Shown: positions 12,058 to 24,168 of the stretch, piece by piece
Numbering within the stretch: position 1 is the stretch's first letter
Layout of the letters: each line of letters opens with the position of its first letter
Assembly: GCA_002269645.1 (NCBI GenBank)
Contig: NIVC01001249.1
Location: 124,001 to 188,000 of the forward strand
From: Macrostomum lignano
Taxonomy: Eukaryota
Length of the DNA: 64,000 nucleotides
Direction: 5' to 3'
Position numbers and translations under genes: made by a program
The notes under the pieces: generated by a model
What the model was told of the DNA's origin: nothing
Seen by the model: the letters and a program-made list of their open reading frames with translations, nothing else
Database searches by the model: none

Positions 12058-12396
12058 TCAAGAATCTTTCTTAGCCCGAGACCGTTTAATATTGACCTCG
12101 CGCCGCTGCTTCCGCTTCTGGTCTTTCTCTTTGCTCTCGATGTCCTTGGTCAGCTTGTAGGCGCAGATGGCGCTCAGGATAAACAGGGGCGACAGCGCCA
12201 GCAGCACGTAGTACACGAACGACATCGGGTTCTGGGCGGCGTACAGCAGCACCAGGCCGATGTTCTTTTTGGCCCAGCCGCTCCACGTAGAATCGTCGAT
12301 GGCACTGAACAGCTTGCCCAGCTCGTCAGCGGCCTTCAACGGGTCGATACCGCCGGAGGCGCCGCCACCGCTAGCGTCTGATTGGCTTTCCGACAT
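12058..12396 (-). CDS. SMIM15: Small integral membrane protein 15 homolog (UPF0542), 112 aa
   Basis: Uninterrupted CDS with YAAQNPMSFVYYVLLALSPLFILSAICAYKL followed by a basic tail EKDQKRKQRR, matching the SMIM15 pattern. Strong acceptor CTCCCTCAG 11 nt before the ATG (exon start 12407). Confidence 0.88.
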   Translation of the reverse strand: MSESQSDASGGGASGGIDPLKAADELGKLFSAIDDSTWSGWAKKNIGLVLLYAAQNPMSFVYYVLLALSPLFILSAICAYKLTKDIESKEKDQKRKQRREVNIKRSRAKKDS

Positions 12397-12427
12397 GCCC
12401 ACCGGCGCTGAGGGAGCGGCGGAGAAG

Positions 12428-13165
12428 AGGTCACGTGACCTCACGCGATTAGTGTCTGACCCGCCTAAATAAGTGAGGTCACGTGACCAACAAGATTAGT
12501 GTCTGACCCGCCTAAATAAGTGAGGTCACGTGACCAACAAGATTAGTGTCTGACCCGCCTAAATAAGTGAGGTCACGTGACCAACAAGAATAGTGTCTGA
12601 TCCGCCTAAATAAGTGAGGTCACGTGACCAACAAGAATAGTGTCTGAACTGCCTAAATAAGTGAGGTCACGTGACCAACATGAATAGTGTCTGACCCGCC
12701 TAAATGAGGTCACGTAACCAACAAGAATAGTGTCTGACCCGCCTAAATAAGTGAGGTCACGTGACCAACAAGAATAGTGTCTGACCCGCCTAAATAAGTG
12801 AGGTCACGTGACCAACAAGAATAGTCTGACCCGCCTAAATAAGTGAGGTCACGTGACAAACAAGAATAGTGTCTGACCCACCTAAATAAATGAGGTCACG
12901 TGACCAACAAGAATAGTGTCTGACCTGCCTAAATAAGTGAGGTCACGTGACCAACAAGAATAGTGTCTGACCCGCCTAAATAAGTGAGGTCACGTGACCA
13001 ACAAGAATAGTGTCTGACCCGCCTAAATAAGTGAGGTCACGTGACCAACAAGAATAGTGTCTGACCCGCCTAAATAAATGAGGTCACGTGACCAACAAGA
13101 ATAGTGTCTGACCTGCCTAAATAAGTGAGGTCACGTGACCAACAAGAATAGTGTCTGACCTGCCT
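12428..13165. repeat. 47-bp minisatellite containing the palindrome GGTCACGTGACC
   Basis: About 16 copies of GAGGTCACGTGACCAACAAGAATAGTGTCTGACCCGCCTAAATAAGT. Confidence 0.95.
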
Positions 13166-13724
13166 AAATAAATGAGATTAGGCTGTATAGTGACTCCTAT
13201 TTGGCCTAGTCAAGGGAGGACAACTGACCCCTCACTTAAAAGGCATAAACATATCGATAAATATTATACAAAGCAATGAAGCAGCTAGAATATACAGCAA
13301 TAAAAGACGCTGTATTTAAAAAAGCAAAAAAATGATAACGTTAGAAAAGAACGCACTTATACTACATATTTATATTACTGCTGCTGCTGAGACCATGATC
13401 CACCGATTAGAGTCGATGAGCAATTTCAATTCCAATACGAGTAAATCAGCAGTGTAAATAATTGTAAATTATTATCATATAGAGAACAAGTCTAATTACA
13501 GTGATACAACTAGTGTCAGAGGGCCAATTCTACATGCGGTTAAGCCTTGAATAGATTGCTAATAAAAAGTGGTTAAATAACAAAATAAACTGATGCCTAT
13601 TACGGCGGACGACATGCTTAAAAGTAATAATTTTAATTGAAAGTTAACAAAAAAGAATCAACAAACGGGAAAAGGACTCCGCGCACTTTATTAATCTCTT
13701 TAACTGTCAAAGTGTTTCTACATC

Positions 13725-14150
13725 CTGGGGCAGAGAATTTGTAGGGTTGTGACTGGGGCGGGTGTACATTCTGGGACAGAGAATTTGTAGGGTTTGACTG
13801 GGGCGGGTGTACATTCTGGGGCAGAGAATTTGTAGGGTTTGACTGGGGCGGGTGTACATCCTGGGGCAGAGAATTTGTAGGGTTTGCGACTGGGCGGGTG
13901 TACATTCTGGGGCAGAGAATTTGTAGGGTTTGCGACTGGGCGGGTGTACATTCTGGGGCAGAGAATTTGTAGGGTTTGCGACTGGGCGGGTGTACATCCT
14001 GGGGCAGAGAATTTGTAGGGTTGTGACTGGAGCGGGTGTACATCCTGGGGCAGAGAATTTGTAGGGGCTGTGACTGGGAAGGGTGTACATTCTGGGACAG
14101 ACAATTTGTAGGGGCTGTGACTGGGGAGGGCGTACATTCAGGGGCAGAGA
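13725..14150. repeat. 46-47-bp minisatellite
   Basis: About 9 copies of GGGGCAGAGAATTTGTAGGGTTTGCGACTGGGCGGGTGTACATTCT. Confidence 0.92.
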
Positions 14151-15237
14151 ATTGAAGTGTTATTGAGGCGCGTGTAAATTCCGATGGGCGACAACACAAC
14201 TTAACAAATAAAAAGAGCTTCTTATTAAATTGAAAGTCAAATGAACACAGAAAAATGGATATAACAGTGAAGAAAAGTTATTTTAGATATCTTTAAAACA
14301 CCGGTTAACATGGATAGTGTTATTATAATATTATTACAAAGCAAACATAATAGTTTAAGGATAGAAAATATTTGTATTAGTACAGAGTCTATCTGCAAAT
14401 AAAGATATAGCATAACGCTGAGAAAGATTATAGCGAGAGGACTAGCATGTTTTTCATAAAAATGTTATTTAAGATATTAGAAACCGAGTCCTAGTTTCTA
14501 AAAATAGAATAAACAACGTGTGCACGCGCAGGGTTTTGGGCCTGAGCGAATGAGCTAAAATTACGTTCTATAGTCATTCTTAAACTTGAATATAGCCTTC
14601 CATCATTGACGACTTTTAGCAGCAGACACAAGTACGCTCGTAAGAAAAGATTCCGATGGGGAACAGGATGTGAGGGTGTGGGGAAGATTGCGATGGGGAA
14701 CAGAAGGGTGTGGGGAAAATTTCGATGGGGAAGAGGTGGCAAGAATGGACAACAAAGATGCAGGAAACAGGGATGCAGGAAAAGATAAAAAACAAGAGTT
14801 AATAACAACAGGCGCATCAGAACAAGCACAAAAAGGAAATGATTGCAATTAGCAAACCAGTGAGATCAACTAACGATTGGGCGTGATATGATGATGGCAT
14901 GTCATGAGAGGTGCAGCAATTATTGTTAATAACTCATACACAAATCTGTAAGTCAAGCGTTAGGGAAACCCAGATTATTGATAATATTAGCTTACACAGT
15001 AATCAACAAGAGCAGCAACAATGTGCATAATACTGACATAAAGGAAGCCGAACAGGACTACTCAAAATTGTAGGCAAGTCTCGAGCTGCCTGTGGAAACT
15101 CAAACCTAACCCAGGAAATGAAATTCTTTGCATCGGCAAGGCAACCAAAACTTGGTTGTCAAAGCGTAAAAAACCGTGAACTACTGTATACTACTGAGGT
15201 GACTTTTATTCAGTAGTACTTTAACACAATTATGTGG

Positions 15238-16044
15238 CAGTGTACAGTGTGGGGTGGCGGGGAAGGACGGGGGTTACTCTGAGGGTCGAGTGTACAGTGT
15301 GGAGTGGCGGGGCAGGGCGGGGGTTACTCTGAGGGTCGAGTGTACAGTGTGGAGTGGCGGGGCAGGGCGGGGTTACTCTGAGGGTCGAGTGTACAGTGTG
15401 GAGTGGCGGGGCAGGGCGGGGGTTACTCTGAGGGTCGAGTGTACAGTGTGGAGTGGCGGGGCAGGGCGGGGGTTACTCTGAGGGTCGAGTGTACAGTGTG
15501 GAGTGGCGGGGCAGGGCGGGGGTTACTCTGAGGGTCGAGTGTACAGTGTGGAGTGGCGGGCAGGGCGGGGTTACTCTGAGGGTCGAGTGTACAGTGTGGA
15601 GTGGCGGGGCAGGGCGGGGGTTACTCTGAGGGCCGAGTGTACAGTGTGGAGTGGCGGGGCAGGGCGGGGGTTACTCTGAGGGCCGAGTGTACAGTGTGGA
15701 GTGGCGGGGCAGGGCGGGGGTTACTCTGAGGGTCGAGTGTACAGTGTGGAGTGGCGGGGCAGGGCGGGGGTTACTCTGAGGGCCGAGTGTACAGTGTGGG
15801 GTGCCGGAGCAGGGCGGGGTTACTCTGATGGCCAGTGTACAGTGTGGGGTGCCGGGGCAGGGAGGGGTTATTCCTGAGGGCCGAGTGTACAGTGTGGGTT
15901 GGCGGGGCAGGGCGGGGGTTACTCTGAGGGTCGAGTGTACAGTGTGGGTTGGCGGGGCAGGGCGGGGTTACTCTGAGGGTCGAGTGTACAGTGTGGGTTG
16001 GCGGGGCAGGGAGGGGTTATTCCTGAGGGCCGAGTGTACAGTGT
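15238..16044. repeat. 50-bp G-rich minisatellite
   Basis: About 16 copies of GAGGGTCGAGTGTACAGTGTGGAGTGGCGGGGCAGGGCGGGGGTTACTCT. Confidence 0.94.
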
Positions 16045-16094
16045 GACCTCGGTCAGCTAAAACTAACAAAAATAGAGAGCAGAGAGCAGTGAAG

Positions 16095-19000
16095 CTACAG
16101 CCGGTGCTGGTTGTTGGACCCCAGGCGGCCCGTGCTTGGTTCAGCGGAGGTGGCGGCGGCGGCGCTGGCGGCTCCGGAGGCGGTGGAGGTGGAGCGGGCA
16201 GCTGCTGTTGCTGCGCGGCAGAGCCCTGGCTGGAGCCGCTGTCACTGGAGATTCTGTGATGCTCCAAGCCAGCAGGGTCGGGCAGCATAACTATGCTGTT
16301 GACTTTCTGCTTGAGCTCCGAGTCGCTCAGGCGGATTTTGGTCAGGTCCAACAGGTTCATAGTGTTGCGGGCTCGGCTACTCACGCAGTAGGCTTCGATC
16401 ACCTGAGGTGCGGGCGGCGGGTACACGAATCTCAGGGCATAGACACCTCATATTAAGAACACGAATTTCCCCCTAGGACACAAATCTCATCTTTAGAACA
16501 CGAATTTCCCCCTAGGACACAAATCTCATCTTTAGAACACGAATTTCCCCCTAGGACACAAATCTCATCTTTAGAACACGAATTTCCCCCTAGGACACAA
16601 ATCTCATCTTTAGAACACGAATTTCCCCCTAGGACACAAATCTCATCTTTAGAACACGAATTTCCCCCTAGGACACAAATCTCATCTTTAGAACACGAAT
16701 TTCCCCCTAGGACACAAATCTCATCTTTAGAACACGAATTTCCCCCTAGGACACAAATCTCATCTTTAGAACACGAATTTCCCCCTAGGACACAAATCTC
16801 ATCTTTAGAACACGAATTTCCCCCTAGGACACAAATCTCATCTTTAGAACACGAATTTCCCCCTAGGACACAAATCTCATCTTTAGAACACGAATTTCCC
16901 CCTAGGACACAAATCTCATCTTTAGAACACGAATTTCCCCCTAGGACACAAATCTCATCTTTAGAACACGAATTTCCCCCTAGGACACAAATCTCATCTT
17001 TAGAACACGAATTTCCCCCTAGGACACAAATCTCATCTTTAGAACACGAATTTCCCCCTAGGACACAAATCTCATCTTTAGAACACGAATTTCCCCCTAG
17101 GACACAAATCTCATCTTTAGAACACGAATCTCCCCTAGGACACAAATCTCATCTTTAGAACACGAATTTCCCCCTAGGACACAAATCTCATCTTTAGAAC
17201 ACGAATTTCCCCCTAGGACACAAATCTCATCTTTAGAACACGAATTTCCCCCTAGGACACAAATCTCATCTTTAGAACACAAATTTCCCCCTAGGACACA
17301 AATCTCATCTTTAGAACACGAATTTCCCCCTAGGACACAAATCGCATTCCTAAAACACGAATCTCCCCCTAGGACACAAATCTGATCCTTAGGACACAAA
17401 TCTCATCTTTAGAACACGAATTTCCCCCTAGGACACAAATCTCATCTTTAGAACACGAATTTCCCCCTAGGACACAAATCTCATCTTTAGAACACGAATT
17501 TCCCCCTAGGACACAAATCTCATCTTTAGAACACGAATTTCCCCCTAGGACACAAATCGCATTCCTAAAACACGAATCTCCCCCTAGGACACAAATCTGA
17601 TCCTTAGGACACAAATCTCATCTTTAGAACACGAATTTCCCCCTAGGACACAAATCTCATCTTTAGAACACGAATTTCCCCTAGGACACAAATCTCATCT
17701 TTAGAACACGAATTTCCCCCTAGGACACAAATCTCATCTTTAGAACACGAATTTCCCCCTAGGACACAAATCTCATCTTTAGAACACGAATTTCCCCCTA
17801 GGACACAAATCTCATCTTTAGAACACGAATTTCCCCCTAGGACACAAATCTCATCTTTAGAACACGAATTTCCCCCTAGGACACAAATCTCATCTTTAGA
17901 ACACGAATTTCCCCCTAGGACACAAATCTCATCTTTAGAACACGAATTTCCCCCTAGGACACAAATCTCATCTTTAGAACACGAATTTCCCCCTAGGACA
18001 CAAATCTCATCTTTAGAACACGAATTTCCCCCTAGGACACAAATCTCATCTTTAGAACACGAATTTCCCCCTAGGACACAAATCTCATCTTTAGAACACG
18101 AATCTCCCCCTAGGACACAAATCTCATCTTTAGAACACGAATTTCCCCCTAGGACACAAATCTCATCTTTAGAACACGAATTTCCCCCTAGGACACAAAT
18201 CTCATCTTTAGAACACGAATTTCCCCCTAGGACACAAATCTCATCTTTAGAACACAAATTTCCCCCTAGGACACAAATCTCATCTTTAGAACACGAATTT
18301 CCCCCTAGGACACAAATCGCATTCCTAAAACACGAATCTCCCCCTAGGACACAAATCTGATCCTTAGGACACAAATCTCATCTTTAGAACACGAATTTCC
18401 CCCTAGGACACAAATCTCATCTTTAGAACACGAATTTCCCCCTAGGACACAAATCTCATCTTTAGAACACGAATTTCCCCCTAGGACACAAATCTCATCT
18501 TTAGAACACGAATTTCCCCCTAGGACACAAATCGCATTCCTAAAACACGAATCTCCCCCTAGGACACAAATCGGATCCTTAGGACACAAATCTCATCTTT
18601 AGAACACGAATTTCCCCCTAGGACACAAATCGCATTACTATAACACGAATCTCACCCCGAGGATACAGATCTAATTTTTGGAACACGAATCTCACCCCGA
18701 GGATACAGATCTAATTTTTGGAACGAATCTCAACCCGAGGATACAGATCTAATTTTTGGAATACGAATCTCACCCCGAGGATACAGATCTAATTTTTGGA
18801 ACACGAATCTCACCACTAGGACACACTCATCTTTAGAACACGAATCTCACCCCAAGGACACAAATCGCATTCCTAAAGCACGAATCTTACCCTAGGACAC
18901 AAATCTCATCTTTAGAATACGAATCTCATCCCTAGGACACAATTCTTATCTTTAGAACACGAATCTCACCCCAGGACGCAAATCTCATCTTTAGAACACG

Positions 19001-22000
19001 AATCTTACACAAATCTTATCCTTAAAACATGAATCCACCCCTAGAACACAATCTCACCGTTAGGACACAAGTGTCTAATACTAAGCCAAGCCAGCCCATA
19101 CGCATGAGAACGCACCTGCAGAATTAGCATATCGTCTTCCAGAGCCTCCTTGCTAGCCTGAGCGGCCAGCATGTGCTGCTGCAGCTGCTGCTGATCCGAA
19201 CTCGCCAGCCTTGCCGACTCTTTTCGCGACAGCTTGCGGGACGACCTGGTCAGGGGAGGGCCAAATGGTGGGGATGCATGACATACTGCTAGTATTTTAT
19301 CTCTGTAACTACCGATATGTATTGAGTTAAACAGTAGAAAGTTTCACCGCATAAGAAATTATTGAATGCGAATCATTATTAAAATTTTATAATAATTCAA
19401 GCCGCAATCTGATGTTGACAACAGGATTTTACCGCGTTTCGGCCTGTCTTATCTTTAACATCTCACCCATCAGGACACGAATCAAAGCCATCGGGACACG
19501 AATCTCACCCATCGGGACACGAATCTCACCCATCAGGACATGAATCTCACCCATCGGGACACGAATCTCACCCATCGGGACACGAATCTCACCCATCAGG
19601 ACATGAATCTTACCCATCAGGACATGAATCTCACCCATCAGGACATGAATCTCACCGATCATGACGCGAATCTAACCCATCGGGACACGAATCTCACCCT
19701 TCATGACGCGAATCTCACCCATCGGGACACGAATCTCACCCTTCATGACGCGAATCTCACCCATTGGGACACGAATCTCACCCTTCGTGACGCGAATCTC
19801 ACCCATCGGGACTCGAATCTCTCACACCCGAGACACGATCTCTCAAACCCGAGACACGAATCTCTCACACATGAGACACGAATATCTCACACACGAGACA
19901 CGAATATCTCACACGAGACACGAATATTGCACACGAGACACGAATATCTCACACGAGACACGAATATTGCACATGAGACACGAATATCTCACACGAGACA
20001 CGAATATTGCACACGAGACACGAATATCTCACACGAGACACGAATATTGCACACATGAGACACGAATATCTCACACGAGACACGAATATTGCACACGAGA
20101 CACGAATATCTCACACGAGACACGAATATCTCACACACGAGACACGAATATCTCACCCAGAACACGAATATCTCACACACAGGACACGAATATCTCACCC
20201 AGAACACGAATATCTCACACACAGGACACGAATATCTCACACCCAGGACACGAATATCTCACACACAGGACACGAATATCTCACACACAGGACACGAATC
20301 TCAAAGCTAATGACATAAATCTCACACCTAAAGAGACAAATAGAAAACTAAGGATATATCTCACACCTAGGTCTCATATCGAATAATTGAATTTAAATGA
20401 AGTTTTAAAGAGTGCCCAAACTACAATGCGCAGCTCTTATTATTAATATTCATTTTCTCTCATTATAATAATGACAGCGAACAATCAGTGCGAAGATATC
20501 TAAATAACAAGTCGAGCAACCAGTCCATATAGTTTAATGATAAGTTGTCTTGCTTACAAATTGGCGACAATCACTTCCTAATCTCTAGCCATTTGGCAGC
20601 TGCGATTTTGTATTAGATGATAGTGTAACAGCTGAAAACAAAAGCTGAATCATGCAGGTGTCAGATGAGAGGCTACAGTGCCAATGCCTCTAGGTTAAGC
20701 TGCATGTGAGGTCTGCTTAATTAAATATGCATAATCAATTATTTTGACAAATACTGATTGCAAAATAACTAAACTAGCACAACACTGACCAACGCCTTGG
20801 ATTTCTGAAATCAATAAATCAAGGAAATAATAGCGCTATTTGTCATATAATAACGAGTAACAAAGCTACAGTGTAGCCACCCCTGCAACTGGGGATCTGG
20901 GATCAGCCTGGGGATCTGTGATCAGCCTGAGGATCTGGGATCAGCCTGAGGATCTGGGATCAGCCTGAGGATCTGGGATCAGCCTGAGGATCTGGGATCA
21001 GCCTGAGGATATGGGATCAGTCTGAGGATCTTAGATCAGCCTGAGGATATAGGATCAGTCTGAGGATCTTAGATCAGTCTGAGGATCTGGGATCAGCCTG
21101 AGGATCTTAGATCAGCCTGAGGATCTGGGATCAGTCTGAGGATCTGGGATCAGCCTGAGGATCTGGAATCAGTCTGAGGATCAGGGATCAGTCTGGGGAT
21201 CTAAGATCAGCCTGAGGATCGGGGATCAGACTGGGGATCTGTGATCAGCCTGAGGATCTGGGATCAGCCTGGGGATCTGGGATCAGCCTGGGAATCTGTG
21301 ATCAGCCTGGGGATCTGTGATCAGCCTGGGGATCTGGGATCAGCCTGGGAATCTGTGATCAGCCTGGGGATCTGGGATCAGACTGGGGATCTGTGATTAG
21401 CCTGGGGATCTGTGATCAGCCTGAGGATCTGGGATCAGCCTGAGGATCTGGGATCAGCCTGGGGATCTGGGATCAGCCTGGGAATCTGGGATCAGCCTGG
21501 GGATCTGGGATCAGCCTGAGGATCTGGGATCAGCCTGAGAATCTGGGATCAGTCTGGAGATCTGGGATCAGCCTGAGGATCTGGGATCAGTCTGGGGATC
21601 TGGGATCAGTCTGGGGATCTGGGATCAGCCTGAGGATCGGGGATTAGTCTCGGGATCTGGGATCAGTCTGAGGATCTGGGATTAGTCTGGGGATCTTAGA
21701 TCAGCCTGAGGATCTGGGATCAGTCTGAGGATCTGGGATCAGCCTGAGGATCTTGGATGAGCCTGAGGATCTGGGATCAGTCTGGGGATCTGGGATCAGT
21801 CTGGGGATCTGGGATCAGTCTGAGGATCTGGGATCAGTCTGAGGATCGGGGATCAGCCTGAGGATCGGGGATCAGTCTGGGGATCTGGGGATCTGGGATC
21901 AGCCTGATGATCTGGGATCAGCCTGAGGATCTGGGATCAGTCTGGGGATCGGGGATCAGTCTGAGGATCGGGGATCAGTCTGGGGATCTGGGATCAGTCT

Positions 22001-23987
22001 CAGTCTCACCTCGGGGACTCGCGGATGGCTGCTGCAAGTTTGGGCGTCACAGGCGGTGCCGGCCGCAGCTGAAGGTTGCCGCAGCTGCCTCCGCCGACGG
22101 GACGGTAAGGCGACGCTCCGGCGGCCGCCGTCGAGGAGGCAACATGGTTGCCATGGTGATGTCCATGCTGTAGCTGCTGTTGATGCTGCCGGCCGCCGCT
22201 GCCAACACCCCGAGCTGCTGGCAGCTTGGCGCCAGAATCCGCAGCGCTGCTGTGGCTCCGCTCAAGGCTGTGGGAGCCGCCGGCGCCGCGCGGCAAGCTG
22301 AAGGACTGGTACGATACCACGCCGGCGCCGTTGCCTCCGGCGCGTCCGCGCGACGCAGCGTCGCCAGCGGAGTTGTCCACGCCCGGCAGACTCTGACAGC
22401 TCTGGATGGTGCTCAGCCACTTGTCTAGCCAAGCTTTGGACGGGCAGACAAACACCTGCCGGTCTGAGCTGTCGTATACCTGTTGGTTGTTAGCCGATAT
22501 GTAGTGCAACTTCAGCCGGGAAAATATAGCTGGGCATTTTAAGCTACTAAGTAAGTAGTATATGTGATAAAAAAGTAGCGAGATGTGTTCAGCTCACCGG
22601 ATCTTCGTCCGCAGCCGACACGACCTGGAATGCGTTTTCGATAGCGTCAACCCTGGCAACGCCGATGCTGGCCAGATGGAATTTGGTGTCGAAGGAGCAG
22701 CTGCGCAGGTCGCCGCCGCTGCCAACGGCCAGCACGATCAGGTGCTTAGAGAACAGCAGCAACAGCCGGTCTTCGAAGGTGCCGTCTGGGGTGAACCGCC
22801 TGGCCACTCCCGTCACCAGCGGCTGGCCGAGGCTGCTTGGCGGCGGCAGGTCCGACGGCCAATTGGACGGTTGTCGGCCGCGGACAAGCAGCTCGGCTTC
22901 GGCCTCCTTGAGTCGGCGAGCCTCGGAGCAATCGCGGGACAGCTCAGCGAGTGCAGCCGCGGCGGCACTGGTGGCCTCTCTGTGCGGAATTTTGGAATTG
23001 ATTTATTAATAAGGATGTCGATGGGAATGTGTCAGTTACGATTTCGATGGGAATGTCGGTTAGGATGTCGATGGGAATGTCGGTTAGGATGTCGATGGGA
23101 AACTGTCGGTTACGATGTCGATGGGAATGTGTCGGTTAGGATGTCGATGGGAATATGTCGGTTAGGATGTCGATGGGAATGTGTCGGTTAGGATGTCGAT
23201 GGGAATGTGTCGGTTAGGATGTCGATGGGAATGTGTCGGTTAGGATGTCGATGGGAATGTGTCGGTTAGGATGTCGATGGGAATATGTCGGTTAGGATGT
23301 CGATGGGAATGTGTCGGTTAGGATGTCGATGGGAATGTGTCGGTTAGGATGTCGATGGGAATGTGTCGGTTAGGATGTCGATGGGAAACTGTCGGTTAGG
23401 ATGTCGATGGGAAACTGTCGGTTAGGATGTCGATGGGAACATGTCGGTTAGGATGTCGATGGAATTGTTTCACTAAAATGCTAAATCCTTTGCGAATGAT
23501 GAGAGTGATATAAAAATTAATGTGCACCTGTCTGGGTGGCCCTCCTCCAGATACTTGTACAGCTCGGCCAGCAGAGGCTGGTATCTCTCCAGCGTGTGCA
23601 ACGGCCCGGCCAGATAAGCTCTTAAACTGGCCAGAGTGAAGGTGAACGAGCAGGTGTGAAACAGGTGATTGAGGCTGGACTGTTCCAGGTTGGCGCTGAC
23701 CAGGGGCAGCAGTCGGTGGTAGGCCAGGTAGTGCTGGCGGACTGCTGCACAGGCGGTCAGCAGCTCGCGGCCGGCCATCCGTCTGGCGATCTTCGTTCGG
23801 CCGGCCGCGTCAAAGGCGGTAGCGAGGCCGTGGTGGACAGAGTGCATCGCCTGCGGAGGCGGCGGCAAGGTGGGAGCGGGGTTGTGAAAACAGACAGACA
23901 AACAGACACACAGAGACAGACAGAGACAGACAGACAGACAGACAGACACAGAGCCAGACAGACAGACACAGAGACAGACAGACAGAC

Positions 23988-24058
<71 letters not shown>

Positions 24059-24075
24059 CACAGACAGACAGACAC

Positions 24076-24124
<49 letters not shown>

Positions 24125-24137
24125 AAGACAGACAGAA

Positions 24138-24168
<31 letters not shown>

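Noticed and set aside
16453-18589. Cys-rich ([13 protein letters not shown])n ORFs as metallothionein-like proteins
   Set aside because: They are a frame of a 39-bp intronic satellite between phase-matched exons, with no start context or splice support.
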